This document shows positions 1 through 14,058 of a DNA stretch of 64,000 nucleotides, piece after piece. Source of the stretch: Amphiscolops sp. MND2022. Lineage: Eukaryota. The position numbers were made by a program, and so were the translations under genes. The notes beneath the pieces are model-generated. The model made no database searches and had not been told where the DNA came from. It saw nothing but the letters and a program-made list of their open reading frames with translations. The stretch lies in the NCBI GenBank assembly GCA_964187785.1, contig OZ076409.1, forward strand, positions 26,972,001-27,036,000, read 5' to 3'. How positions within the stretch are numbered: position 1 is the stretch's first letter; every line of letters starts with the position of its first letter.

Positions 1-3000
1 CATACCGAAAAACGAAAAGGAACTAAAATCCTTTTTGGGAGCAATACAATATCTGTCAAAGTATATCAAAAATCTATCAGCACAGACAGATATACTCAGA
101 AAACTACTAAAAAACAAAACGAATGGATCTGACAGACGAACACACAGAAGCGTTCAACAATTTAAAGAAATTAATCACCCAATTGCCATGCCTAGCGCAT
201 TACAACTCGAATAAAGAAAATATCCTAACAACCAATGCAAGTACAAAGGGACTAGGGGCTACACTCTGGCAAAAACAAAAAGATGGAAATTTGAAACCGG
301 TTGGCTTCGCAAGCAGATTTTTATCGGACACCGAGAAAAAATATGCGATAAACGAACTAGAGCTACTAGCAGTAGTGTGGGGACTGGAGCATTTTCGCTT
401 ATGTGTTTATGGAAAGCCAATTGAATTACTAACCGATCATTAGTTGATCAACCGCTGGAACCATTAGTTAAACGAAACAGATCAAATAAAACTTATAGCG
501 CAAAATTAACAAAATGGTTGGATCGATTAACACACTTTGATATAAACATAAAGCATACTGCCGGCAAGCATTTAAAATTGACGGATTATTTTAGCAGAAA
601 TCCGATTTCAAAGCCGGAGCCAATGGAGAAGTACGATGAAGAATACGTAATCAATTGCGTAATACCCTTACTGGAGGTTATTAACACACACGGTAGCATC
701 ACCGATGAAAAGAAATTGGAAGCACAAACGGACGAAATAGCAGCGTCAGCGAACAGCCAATCACAATCAAGAAGCGTGCACAAAATACAGCTCAGCGAAA
801 ACGAACAAGACAAACAGTGGTCATTGAAATTCTCACGAAGCAAAGTACGTTAAAATACAGCTGACACAAACAAAACCGTACAAAACAGAATGGACATTAA
901 AACAATCGAATGGATCGAAAAAGACGATCCATCGGAAGAAACACTGAGATTAACAAGATGGAAGGAGATAACAAAGCCAGGCGATTACAGTTTCACACAA
1001 GGACAATGGAAAAAATACAATCCATCCAGAGCACTGCGGGCAGAAACAAATCGAAGTCGAGTTGTGGCAGAAAAGAAACAAATTGCTATGGAAACGCATG
1101 GAGAACAACATCAAAGAAACAGAAGAAGAGCTAGAGAGAAAAAGAGAATTCCATAGAGTCATCGAAAAAATCAGAGCGAAGCCAAAAAGGGACGAAACCG
1201 GGACAAGCAGTAGCACACAACAACCACAAGGACAAGATGAAATAGAAACAACGTCATCGGACTCTGACCAAACAATCGCTGTACCGGCGATCAATTTCAA
1301 GAGATACCTGGGGGCAACCAGTGTACCATATATCCAAATGGGAACGGCGAGTAGAGTGCAATATAACGAAGAATGGGACCTAGAAGAAACCAATCGTCAG
1401 GCCGAACAAAATTTCTCAACCGATTTAAGGACAATTGCAGACGAAACAACAAATGACGAAAAAATTAATCAAAACACTGGTATGCCTGGAGAGGAGAAGT
1501 TACGAACAGATATCAGATGATTACAAGGACCATCACAAAAACATGTCGACACGATTTGGAGTAGTGTTCTATAATGACAAAATAGTAATTCCGAAGCCAC
1601 TACGGAAAACAGTCATCTTACTATCACATAAAGGCCACCCCGCTATCAATAAGATGACACACGCAGCCCAACCTTTCTGGTGGCCAAAACTCAACAAGGA
1701 TATTCAGACGAAATGCAACGAGTGTATTCCCTGCAAATTGTCAGGTAAGAGTATAAAACCACAAATACCAATGACGGAAATAAATTACTTACCTCCGGTA
1801 GAAAAACCAAACGAGGAAATCCAAATGGATTTCATCGGACCAATAAGATTCGAGCATCGGCGATTTTTTATACTGATATCTATTGACCGGTATAGCAGAT
1901 GGCCGGCAGCCTGTATATGTGAAGCTCCTACAGGCAAAACAGCAAAAAGTTTCCTACAACAATACATACTACTGAACGGTATCCCACAAGTAATTAGATA
2001 GGATAAGGAACCGCCTTTACCGGAAAAGAGTTTAGACAAATGTGTAAAATTTTACACATTAAACTAATATATGGCACACCTTATATACACACAGATACGG
2101 GATTAGTAGAAAGGGGAATAAAAACACTAAATAATTAATGAGTACTAATTTAGAAGACAAATGCAACTTAAACAACGCTTTATACCAGTCCCTGAAGGTA
2201 ATGCGAATGACCATTCATTCAAAAACCAAAGAGACACCGTTCGAAAGAAACTACGGCCGAAAGCCGCGAACGGAATTAACCAGTTACTTACACTTACCAA
2301 CGGACAAAAATGATTATGTTTCAGCACAACCGGAGACCCTACAAGTCTACTCGTTTAACAACGGACATGGAGGATACGACCAGCTCATCATAAAAACCCC
2401 TCGGAAGCTGAATTGCGATGTTAGTAATAACTTCCCATAGAAATTCCTAGAGAAAAAACAAAACAAAAACAAATTCGAAAGTGAATACGATACAAATCCG
2501 CAAACAGCAGTAGCCGAAACTAAACACACAATAACGACGGACACAAATAAAATAATACACAAAAAGCGGATAAGTGACCCATTACCAAACTCATTTCAGA
2601 ACCCCCTGTCAAGAAGAGGAGAAAACCGCAGAGGTACGGACGAAAGATTTGTCCAAACGTCCATACAGTCAGGCTCAGAAGATGAAGAAGAGGAAGAAGA
2701 GGAGACACAAACTGAGACCGATGAAAGGCGAGCAAGTACCCCAACGGGGAAACATCAGTAGAGGGGATGGACACCAGCTTTGACTTCACACCGCCGATAC
2801 AAATCGGACGAGGGAGAAAAAAGGTGACTGAAGAAAAAACCCCGGGGAAAACAATCTAAAACTCCACGTGGACAGAAAGAGCGAAGAACAGCTAGAACAA
2901 GCAATGGAGGCAATAGCCGAGGACCCGACAATAATCACCATCTTCGACAACAACGGTAACGAAAATCAAAACCAAAACAATCAAAACCAAATAAAAACCG

Positions 3001-3617
3001 AAATAACCGAAACACCAGATACAATTGAAACCAACAATACAGACAAACAAACTAGAAAGTCTTCTAGAATAAGGGCGAATAACCCTATAGTAAGATACGG
3101 AAATCCAGTAACATTCTGATATTTACAGGAAACACAGTTAAACGAATAAACAGCCAAGCCAGCGGCAACACAGCATCAGACTGAGGAAGACCGGGGGAGA
3201 AAACAGGAGTAAAAAGAGTCTACCAGTAACACGGTATCGAGGCGAGAAGCATCGTAAAAACTTGAACAAGAAACTGAACGGACTCATTATCAACAATTGA
3301 GTTGATATAACCTTTTTGTTTATACATTATACATGTAATCTAATTTTGCGCAACTTTGATTTATAAAATACAGTTATCAATGGTATTAGATAACTATCCC
3401 TACCAGAGGGAAATGTGACATGAACATAGTCTGAAGGTCAATAGTAACGCAATGTTACATAATTCTTACTTTACTCTATGACCTTTATGTTAATTACATA
3501 ATATACCTGCCAGTATCTTGATGCTAACTGTAGTACGATATAGTGGACACTATAACTCGATCTTACGTACAATACAGTATTATATTCTCAAACTTTTTTT
3601 TCCAACGATATACAACA
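1..3617 (+). mobile_element. 3' half of a decayed Ty3/Gypsy LTR retrotransposon (RT connection, RNase H, spacer, integrase, 3' LTR); 5' part is outside the window
   Basis: RNase H motifs (TNASTKGLGATLWQ, YAINELELLAVVW, LLTDH), integrase HHCC (HKGHP...CNECIPC) and core (QMDFIGP, IDRYSRW, GLVERGIK), C-terminal RKSSRIRANNPIVRY. RH-before-IN order is Gypsy-type. Multiple stops and frameshifts. Confidence 0.93.
3414..3617 (+). repeat. 3' LTR of the Gypsy element (~204 bp)
   Basis: Purine tract AGAGGGAAA (3405-3413) immediately before TGTGAC; ends TACAACA at 3617, after which an unrelated repeat resumes. Confidence 0.75.
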
Positions 3618-4408
3618 AGGTCTAAAATAGGGAATAACGTCTAAAACATGGAAACCTGTCTAATTTCATGAAGTGTCTAAAATTGTACAAACTCCGAAAA
3701 AATCAAAAAACCATCATAAAACGTCTGAAAAACAGGAATAACGTCCAAAAACTAAGGAAACGCCTCAAATTTCAAACAAATCATAAACCCGGAATATTGT
3801 CTAAAATCGGGAAACAATCCAGCCACTTGGGATCTAAAACAAAAAAGTGATTTATAGAATAAAACGATGTCCCGTTTTCCTCTAGTACCTCGCGGCCCCT
3901 TGGGGCTCCTTATGTACCCGTCGTGCTAAGCGAGTTCGAGCAGGATCAAAGACCTGCGAGAACGGAGGTCGGGAAGTGATCGTAGTGGGAGCTGGTCTTT
4001 GCGACGATGAGGGCGAGCGTGCATACACCGGATATGTCCCACATTAGGCGTACTACTCACATAATGTTACAGTAGAACACTATCTAAGGTGACAAAATGT
4101 AAGGTAATCTAATCACTCCAATTGACATGAATGATGGTGTTCTAACCAATCATACAATTTTAGAAACTGTTCTTCTAGATACTATTCCCGGTTTTGTTTT
4201 TCATTTATTTGTCAAATAATTTTTTAAATTAGTTTGTCGAAATTTTCACTTCTGGGCATAACGTCTAAAACAACGAGAATAGCGTCTTAAAAAAACGGGA
4301 ATAGCGTCTAAACGCTATAGTAGTTATTCACGGAAAATGACCTAAATTTAGATAATTTTCCCGTTTTTAATTTAGACGGTTCGCCTTTAGACGTTATTCC
4401 CGCCCGCC
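3618..4408. repeat. Non-autonomous DNA-transposon-like element with iterated GGAATAACGTCTAAAA motifs, interrupted by the Gypsy insertion
   Basis: Motif recurs at about 3631, 3735, 4258, 4277 and 4298, and in inverted form (TTTAGACGTTATTCCCGCCCGCC) at 4386-4408. Confidence 0.5.
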
Positions 4409-5159
4409 AGGTCTCCATGACTAACAGCCTCCCGGTTTGAACATTGAACAGCCTCCTGTAGACAATCGTTGCGAAAGTACTGCCATCAAGTTTGCAATTA
4501 GGCTAAAGAAGTACGACGATCTGGTTCACTACTGTCATCAACCCGCACTCTCTAGAGCATCCAGTAAAGCAATTTTCCTAGAAGCTAGCGTGAAGAGCGT
4601 TTCCAATATTCACTCAAACGACACAAGGTCGAAATATTTGCCCCCAGAAAAAGTCATGACTTCATAACAAGTTTGTGGCGACATACATGGAACAGCAGCT
4701 TCAACATCTGAATCCTGGAAGCTTTCGAATACAGCTAACCATCAAACGGAAAATCATCGCCTTGGTCTACGGCACAAATTTACTGATAACAAGTAAAGCA
4801 AATTCTTCGTCGAGAACACCATGAAACTTGCAGAAGACAATATATTTTATATATATAATTTGAAATATATACTTAAATGATCGAACATCACAATACTTAC
4901 CTCTTCACACAGTTTGTTGTTGCCGTTTTTTGTCCAGTGCACAGCCGAATGAAGTCGCAGGTTCGTTCATCTTGTAGCCAAAAGTAACATTTTGTTTGTA
5001 GTATTAGTACATCCATGGAATCTTCCTCTGTTTCCAACAATAAAGTTCAAAAAACAAGAATCCGGAACAATTGATGATATAGTGTTATGTTTGTAGAAGA
5101 CTTGACTGCAATTATTTTGAAGTAGGAACTATGTTACTTTCAATTCATGAATATGGAAA

Positions 5160-8100
5160 ACCAAAACGAACAAAAACATTTCAAAAAATAAACGGGAGAT
5201 CGAGATAATAATTTTTGAGAACTTTGATAAAAAATAGTTTTGGAGGACTATTTTGAAATGTTGTAACGACAGACTGAAATCGAGCAACTTGAGACTGTTG
5301 AGGTTGTTTGCTGTTCTAGTGGTCCTGATAGAGTTGTTACTTTCAGAGTCAAATTTTAAAGTTTTCGAACATCGATTAGACCAGGAGTAGATGATATGGT
5401 GTTCAAAGGTACTCGTGGCAAGATTGTGATTGTCATTTAGATAGCGGTTGAGTAGTTCCTAGAGCAGTGTGACATCAATTTCTGCAACTAAAAACAAGCG
5501 TAGAGAAAAGTAACTCAAAAGGCTTGACATAATTTTTGTCAGATCAAATTTCATTGAAACCGGGATTTTGGAATAATAAATGAAATCCAAGTAGCAGAAC
5601 AGGTACTACCCTACCAGAGAGTGATAAAACAGATTTTTTGGGGACTCAGAGGTAGAAAATTAAATTGTTTGACGCAAAAAATGAGGTTTCTCTTGAATTT
5701 AGCGAGTTTCGTATCAAAAACGTTCTCGCAGTGGAGGTTAGATGTGGTGTAATCACACGGTCCTCAATGCTCTTTTCACATAGCAAACCTTTTGATCCAT
5801 GTTCAAGCGTGAAGTTTTGCATTCTAAAAAAGAATAAATTACCTTTACACTTCAAAACTAGGAAACTAAGACCATTTGAAACGGACCAATGCAAAAAGAC
5901 TTCAACATCTTTTTGAATGGGTTGAAAGGGACAGTCATTATGCATTTTTCAATAATCAGCAAAAAAGGTATCAGTGTTCCGTAGAATCCATCATATCGTT
6001 GATAAACAGAGGGAACAACAGGGGTCCAAAAGCACTTTCTGAGTAGGAGTACCATGAAAAGTGGTGTTGTGTCAGCTTCAAACAATTGGTATTGGATACT
6101 TGAGTTGAAAACCAAAAATTGGAGTCTAAATTGGAACTGTAAACGTCAAATAATTGGGTTTCCGAAATAACAGTCCTTGCTGCAACGTTCAAAAGACCGA
6201 CGAATCATTCTTTCAATGCGCACAAGAACTCCTGAATCTCTTCTCTGACTTTTACAGTCGACAGCTTGGCCACAAAATCGATTACCGATTGCTTTGCTGC
6301 AAGATCGGAAACTTCTCCATTTTGCATTTAGTCTAGTTGCATGTCATGTCACATACACACATGACACGTTTCACAACAATGCGACACTTTTTACACTTTG
6401 GTTGATCGGTTTTCGGTCCCTTAAATTCTCTACATACAATCGCGTGTAGAACTCTGTTTTTGACAAGATGATTTTCCACTCGTTGATATGTTTCTTCTTT
6501 GGTGTAATTAAAACACACATTTTGTTCACCTCGTCGGTATCACTTCCGCTACTGTTCTCGAAGTCGGAATTAACAGCAACTTCTGTCATTAGCAGTTCTA
6601 CAGTCATTTAAAATAGTCATTACAAAGGCATCTGATAAGGTCGCGATAAGGTCTCACAAGCCACGATAAGGTCGAGGATATTGGGTAATCGGGTCTGTTT
6701 CTGTCTTGGAAAGTTGGATTTCCACGTTTTGTGAAACTCTATTTTTTGCGTAAAGGGTTAGTTGGGGCAGTACTTGGGTTAGGTTAAATGGGTGCAGTTA
6801 GACATTTATAATGGGAAATTAATTGGTCTCCAGTTAATTCTGTTGGTAACAAGTATTTGGGTTCAAAATTTGCTCTCTCTGTTCCTGGGGAACACCTCTA
6901 GGTACAGAAGGAAGCTGGAGGCGATTCTTGCACTGTGACAATTTGAATTCCTTTGATGAAAACTAAGATTCTGTTAGTTCCGAGAAACCACTACACACAA
7001 GAAAACGTTTGAGTTTGAATAAAAACAAATGATGAGGAAGTGAATCGAAGTCTTCTTGCACTTCAAAATAAAGAGACAAAGGAAGTTTTAGAATCCATGA
7101 TACGATAGCCATAAACTAAACATGTTATCATTTGAGTTACAGTGCTTCGGGTTCTCATGAAGACGTATTGTTTACTATTAATTACCTTGAGTTACTTGAG
7201 TTAATATTCACTTTGTACAATTCGAGGAACTCTCGATGGATAGTTTCGGGCCTGTTTCATGCTATTGTGTTCTGTGCGAATGTGTTCTGTGCGAAACGTC
7301 CAATTAACATTCAAAGGATCGATTTCATAAAAAACGTGTGAATTGTTCGTCCACATGTGGAGCTAAAAAAGTTGATGCTTTCCGAAGATCAAAAGGAGTG
7401 ACTTCATCTGGACATACAGAAATGGAGTATTTACTTTTCCGCAGGCGTGAGGTCTCTTCAATAAGAGAAAGTTGAAGATCAAAAACGTGCTGGTGCAATT
7501 TCAGTTCCTCATTGAGCGAGAAGATCAACGGACTAAAGACTGAACTAAGGTATTTGTTGCAGGCATTGGCAAGATCACTGTCAGTGCCGTACTTTCGGTT
7601 GTTGTAATGCATATCAAAAGGAAAGCGGTTGCAAAAGCAAAGCACTCAGTTGAATTGAGAGATCATAGGAAAAATAAAATTAGGCTATCCATAAAAACAT
7701 GTTTATCTTTTTCAATAGATTGGGGTATTGGTAAAACTAAATTACGTTGTTTCAGGGCTAATGGAAACGACCTGAATCTGAGCATATCGCGAAGTTTGTA
7801 ACTTTTCGACTCAGCAGATGAATCGCAGGTGAGGATAAGAAGATAAGAGTAATACGACAACGTTTCCTCTTTCGTCTAATAGCAATTGTTAACGAAGAAG
7901 ACAAAAGTGATACCATTCAGCTACAAGGTCATAGGCAGTCGATTGCGTGAAACAAATCAAGGCGTTTAAGGGAAGTAAATCGATTGAAAAATGATTCATC
8001 AAATGATGACTGTGAGTAGCAAAGTACAATAGGTACTTCGGTTTTCGTGCACTCGAGTAAAAAACAAATGTGATAATGATCACAGAAATTATTTTGGTTC

Positions 8101-8216
8101 ACCCAACAATCAAGGTTGCTAGTGTCAGAGAGTATAAAGTGGACGACGTTTATGAGTAGGTGAAAGAAAAACTGTGACAGACAGAGCTCATTTACCGCTT
8201 CGAGGAAGGAAAGCAT
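5160..8216 (-). mobile_element. Decayed non-LTR retrotransposon (CR1/L2 group) ORF2 remnant
   Basis: Fragmentary RT motifs (SESAFGPLLFPLFINDM = GSVLGPLLFLLFINDL type; WSVSNGLSFLVLKCK), endonuclease end (..CDHYHICF), typical C-terminus (RTANNLNSL...FKIVLQNYF). Many stops. Confidence 0.75.
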
Positions 8217-9119
8217 TTTTAGTTGGCACGCTTTCCATTGAGGAAAAAGTCCAACTATTACAGTGACTAGTTTTGTTTAGTCATATAACAGAAGGTATGC
8301 GTAGTGGACACTTTATACTGAATGACTAAAAAACTAAACTATTGAGCCGGCAAAGTCTGGCCAGCGAAAACGCAACTAAGGTAGTGCAAAGGGTCACACC
8401 TGTTTTTAAACGTAACAAACAAAACCGAACGAAACCAAAAAGTTTGTACTGTCCATATTCTGGAGATTGAGATTCAAAAATACTGGGCTTTATCCGACTT
8501 TTCGATGTTATACCAGAACTGTTATGCGTTTTACTGAGCAGGAAAAGAAGGTTCGAAAACGAGCCCTCCCATTTGTCCTAGCACGCTATTTCGGAACTTA
8601 TTTCCGAAATATTTTGCGTTTTATTGAGCAGGAGTCATAGGCTCAAAGATAAAAAACTGCTCTCTCAAAACACAATAAGTGTAAAGGAATTACGTCTTTT
8701 GCCCAGTAGTTGCTTGTTCCCGAGAAATTTTTCATTCAAAGTTTGTTTTTTTTTCTGCAGTTTGAGCAACAACAGAACAGTCTCCAGGTACAGGTGTGAT
8801 TTTGACCATAACTTTTTTTTACAAAATTTGTCCATCACTGAAACTGAAAAAGCGGAAGAGCTGCCACAATCAATTTTCGAAGGACATCATCTTCGAGAAC
8901 AATTTTGTGACCCGGATCTTTTTGCAGCGGTCAGTGTTACCGCTGAAAACATCGGCACTGAAGAAGATGAAGAGTTCACCAAGCGGAATGGGAAAGTGAA
9001 ATCAAGTGTCGTCCACTGTCGACCGCCGTCGACACTGATAAAATTCTTGTAAGAAAGCTAAAACAACCAGCGAGCAAAAAGTGATATTTTCACAATTATT
9101 GCTATCGGATTGCAATCTG

Positions 9120-9570
9120 GCCCTGAAAAGCATCGTATGAAATGTTCATTTTAACAAAGTAGTAAGGCAAACTATACATCGAGCTCGGGCTACACTCCAC
9201 TTACTTTGTGCAGCCTTGTCGATAAGTTGTTCGAAAGAATGCTAGACAAACAATTGAAAATATTTCTCGAAAGTAAATCAACTAATGAAGATGAACAAGA
9301 ATGGTTTCAGGAGAAACGTAGCTCTGAAAAAAATCCTGAGAGCAAGTTCTTTTGCTGCTTTACTTAATATAGACTTTGAGAAGCCTTCGACAGCTTTGGG
9401 GTTGATGGCCTCCTTGTGAAACTCACCCATGTTGAATCATGAGTCCGATGTTCAACAATATCAAATCATTCTTCTTGCACTCTCGTGAAACTGATCTAAA
9501 GGTAGGAAACTATATATTACCATCTTTTGAGAATCTAAATGGTCTTCCTCAGTGTAGGTCTCACCAAAAT
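9120..9570 (+). mobile_element. Short decayed LINE reverse-transcriptase fragment
   Basis: Translated pieces SLVDKLFERMLDKQL, GFRRN, LNIDFEK(A)FD, KVGNYILPSFENLNGLPQ resemble N-terminal RT domains. Confidence 0.6.
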
Positions 9571-9679
9571 GACTTGTTTTTTCTTAAAATTCTTCATGGA
9601 CACGTTCTCTCTCCGCCGCATAAATTGCAGACAACACATAACAGAATGAATTTTTTTCAAAGATCGATGATTGGAAACT

Positions 9680-11003
9680 TAAACCATTCAAAACGGACCA
9701 ATAAAAAAGGTATCAACATCACTGAAGGAGTTGGAAGGGACAGTGGAATGCACTTTCCAACCATCAGCAAAAGAATGAGGGTGTCAATGTTCATTAGAAC
9801 CAATCTTATTTGTTGACAAACAGAGTGAACAACAGGGGTCCAAAAACACTTTTTGAGCAGGAATACCGAGCATTTGGGTACCGTGAAAATTGCTGTTGTG
9901 TCAGCTTCAAACATTTGGTATCGGGTAATTGCCTTGAAAACCAAAAATTGGGTATGAAATCGTCAAATGTTTAGGTTTCCGGAGAAATAGTCCTAGCTGC
10001 ATCGTACAAAAGACAGACGAAGCATCCTTTTGATGCGCACAAGAACTCCTGAATCTCTTCTCCAACTTCGTTGTTGCCAATGACTTTTACAGTCGACAGC
10101 TTGGCAACAAAATCAATTACCAATTGCTTTGCTGCATTATCGGAAATTTCTCCGTTTTGCATTTAGTCTAGTTGCATGTCACATGCATACATGACACGTT
10201 TCACAACAATGCGACACTTGTTACACTTTGGTTGATCGGTTTTTCGGTCCTTCAAATTGTGTACATACAATCGTGTGTAAATGTCTGTTTTTGACATGTT
10301 GATTATCCACTCGTTGATCTTTTTCTTCCAAGGTGGAATTACAACACACAATTCGTTCCTGTGGTACATCTGAAGGTACAGAAGCTAGAGATAAATCTTT
10401 CACTTTTACAATTTGAATTTCCTTTGACAGCTGAGATTTGATCAGTTTCAAGAAACCAGGACAAAACGTTTGAGTTTGGATAAAAGTAAATGATGAGGGA
10501 CTGAATCAATGGCTTCTTGCACTTCAAAATAGAAAGACAAAGTAGGAGTTCTATCCTTTTCGATAGATTGCGACAATGCTAAACCTAGATCACGTTGTTT
10601 CAGAGTTCATGGAAGTGACCTGAATCTGAGCCTATCGCTAAGTTTGTATCGTTTTGACTAAGGAGATGAATCGTAGGCGAGGAGTAGGAGATGAGAAAAT
10701 TACGACGACTTTTCCTTTTTTATCGAATAGCAAATGTTAACGAAGAAGATACAAGTTATTGCCTTTCAGCTACCAGGTCATAGTCAATGGACTGCGTGAA
10801 ACAAATCAAGGCTTTTAAAAGAGGTACTTTGATCGAAAAATGATTCATCAAATGACGACTGTGAGTAGCCAGTAACGAAAAGTAATTTGGTTTTCCTGCA
10901 TTCGAGTGAAAAACAAATCGGATAATGATCCGAAATATGGTTTTGATCGACCCACCAGTCGAAGTGGCTAGTGTCGGATAGTATAAGGTGGTATAGGATA
11001 GTA
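9680..11003 (-). mobile_element. Second decayed copy of the LINE remnant at 5160-8216
   Basis: Collinear similarity: 9680-10350 vs 5880-6520, 10370-10540 vs 6900-7080, 10590-10990 vs 7740-8140. Confidence 0.75.
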
Positions 11004-12945
11004 TTTTTAGCCGGCGCATTTTCGTTCATGAAAAAAGTCCGCCTCTTACAGTGACAAGTTTTTTGTTTCATCAGATAACAAAATGTACACGTAGTGGACA
11101 ATTTTCACAGAACCAATGAAACTACGAAACTACTAGACCGGCCACGTCTGGCCAGCTAGATCGCATCTAAGTTAGTGCAATGGGTCACTCACTCATATTT
11201 CTTTTCAACGTTTCATACAAAACCGAAGGAGACTAAAGAGTTCCCTCTGGTTTTTTCTTCGGTGATAAGGCATTTTTTTTCAAAAATAGTTAAATGTCTC
11301 CAAAGAGTACCATCTTCATGTTTGTGATTTTGTGAAACCAAATGGCTGTCAAACAATCCCGAAGGACACCTCTTCTAGACGCACATCAGTTCGTATTTCC
11401 CACAAAAAGCCAAACTGTGAACAAAGAAGTATCAAAAAACTACTTCTTTTCCTTTTAAACAGTCGTTTTCCCCCTTAAATGAAGTTTTAACAAAAACAAT
11501 ATTTACCTTTGCCAACTGAAAATTTAATGCCGTGGAAAAGAAACTTTTGTTGAGAACCGCGGGCACCGCCGAGCTTCGGAGCTCCGAAAAAATTCCAAAC
11601 GTCCAGAAGCAAAGGGCTAGCAATTTCACAATGAAATCTGTTGCAGAAAAATCGTGCTCCTAGAATGATGTAGGAATTTTTGATTTGTTCAATTTCAAGG
11701 TGAATTTTTGAGTATCTGATGTTTAGCTCGAGAGCTGGCTCTCTTTCAACAGTTGGTGGATGATGCAAGCTCTGTGGATGGCAAGAAGCAAGACCTCAAT
11801 GTCACCCAATCGGCGAAAGCTGACAGTGCCACTGTACCCTTGCAACATCAGTTTGAACACCCAGTGGATTGCAATGATGATGTGGAGATGTTTTCAATGC
11901 CAGCTTCTCCGCTTGGCAAGGGCGTCATGCCCGGGGAGTGATGACACAGCACCCTCTGGTACAGCCGATTTCGCAATTTTGACATGTTCACAAATGATGT
12001 CAAAAATTTCAATTCGATGTGTTACGTGGTACTGAGTATGTGATTGCTCTTCTCGCTGTTTTCGCCGTTTTCAATGCAAAACAAGGACGAGAGCCGTCCG
12101 AGCGGGAAAACAGAGAACGACATGATCTGAGAGCCCATAAAGACTGTGAAAACTCATAGGAAGACTCTTTGATGCTAACACCCGGGTTTTATTGATTTTC
12201 AGCATTTTGCGGAAACCGTTAAAATGAGTCTTTTCGCTCAAAGGTCTTTGTTTGGTATTTGTTGTCCCTGCGCCCCAGCTTGTAGCTGTGTGGTTTGCCA
12301 TATTCATCCGTGCTTTGATGTATTTTCACTGGTTTTAGCTAGACCGAGAGCCCGAGAGTCCGAGAGGGACGTATTTCACACCCGGAGGCAAAATGGATCT
12401 GTGGCGTTGGGTTCCTCACCTGTGTTAACGCGTTAAGAAAACGAAGCATGCCATTACATGTAATTATCAGGGGTGTCCACTCAAATTGGAATTTTGATTG
12501 TCGAAAAGTAACCTTTACCACCAGTGAAAAATCTCCATGTGACAAACCCTAGATATCATTCACAATAATCCTCATTTCCAGCGCCAAGTCAGTCCCCTTT
12601 TAAGAAAACGATAAAAGAAACTGCAGATGAGAATATCTAACTTGCTATGCCAGTGATGTACTTGTATCTGCCAACTTGCCTTCTTACTGAGTCTTACAGA
12701 GGTCGACATCTTGATTCTTTAGACAGTTTTTCAAGCTGTCTAGAGTGGCTGTCTAAAGAAAAATTGGTCTAGAGGCTTTTGTGGAATTGATTTGTTATTC
12801 GCCAAATTGACCAATTCTACTTTTGGGCTGTCGATTTAAGTTTTTGTGACCAATTAGAAGAAACTTTAGTTTTTTATACCCCTCTGGTGGTTTTTGCTAT
12901 TGGTAGTTTTGAGCGCTATTAGTTTCTATGCATATGGGAAAGGAG

Positions 12946-13190
12946 AACAAGCCGGGATCGGCATAAGTCGGCGCCATATCTAAGGCTCAAAAATAGCAAA
13001 AGGATAGCAAAGTGTCAAGTATTATTTACAGTACCAGAAAAACCCAAAAATTGGACCGAATTGTCGTGCTAAAAGGGGGACACTTTTGTGTTTTTCAATA
13101 TCCATTCTGTCGCAAAACATCAAAAAATTGAGGGGGACCCTTTGGAGAAAAAAATGTCACAATGCCGAAAAAACTGAAATGGGGGACCGA
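12946..13190 (+). mobile_element. Truncated copy of HINE/DINE-1-like repeat family 1
   Basis: Starts AACAAGCCGGGATCGGCATAAGTCGGCGCCATATCTAAGGCTC, same head as 37034, 57365 and 58022. Confidence 0.7.
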
Positions 13191-14058
13191 TGTTCCCCCG
13201 GTATTCTGTGGGCTTTTCTGAAGCGCTATCTGCTGATTTAAGTCAGAAAATAGGGTCCAACGTATTTTTGAAAGATTTAGTGACCATTTATTTACAAACT
13301 AGATTTAGTTTATTACAAACCTTTCAATTGCCAAAAAGCTTCAAAAAACTCTAGATGATACTATTTTAGTAAAACTAGGTTCGCAGTACTCTCTTGAAAA
13401 AGAACTATGCAGTTTTGGTTCAAAAACACCTCAGAATGACCCAAAAAATTAAAAAAAAACGTTTTTTAAAGTCTATATTATTTGTTTGAATAATTTGTCT
13501 GAATGGTTGAAAGTTCAAAATTCGTGAAACAACGTGACAATATTCGCTAAACTTTAGGTTGTTTAAGTGCAAATATTCGACCAATTCTAACGACTTCAGT
13601 AATGTACCAATCGTGACAACAGAATCTACGAGAGCTACGAAATTTGGGTTATGCCAAAGTTCTGTTGTTTGTACGGATACTGAACGAACAAATATTTTTC
13701 AGTCAAAATTACTTTTTCTCATGTACAAAGGAGTCGTTTCATAAAATTAGAATCAAGTATACCAAAGCGAGTTAGAGAGTTCAACGATAAAGCCATTAAG
13801 GTTTCGATTTTTCAGCTATTTGCCTAGGAAACATTTATTCCACAATATCATCAAAAAGCCTTGTCTCAGCGCAAATACACACTCCAATTACAGATTATTC
13901 GAGAGCCAATTGATCAACTAAAATGATGGGTTCACAATGGTTTTATCAAAACTATGTTTTCTCAGTTGTTTTCCCGGTAAAGAGTTGAACTTGATGGAAA
14001 AGAGTTTAATTTATAACACGTGGAACACTTTTTTCAATCAGAAGAATTGGGCACAGTA

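Noticed and set aside
4437..4840. LINE 3' fragment
   Set aside because: Only a vague resemblance, with no diagnostic motif.
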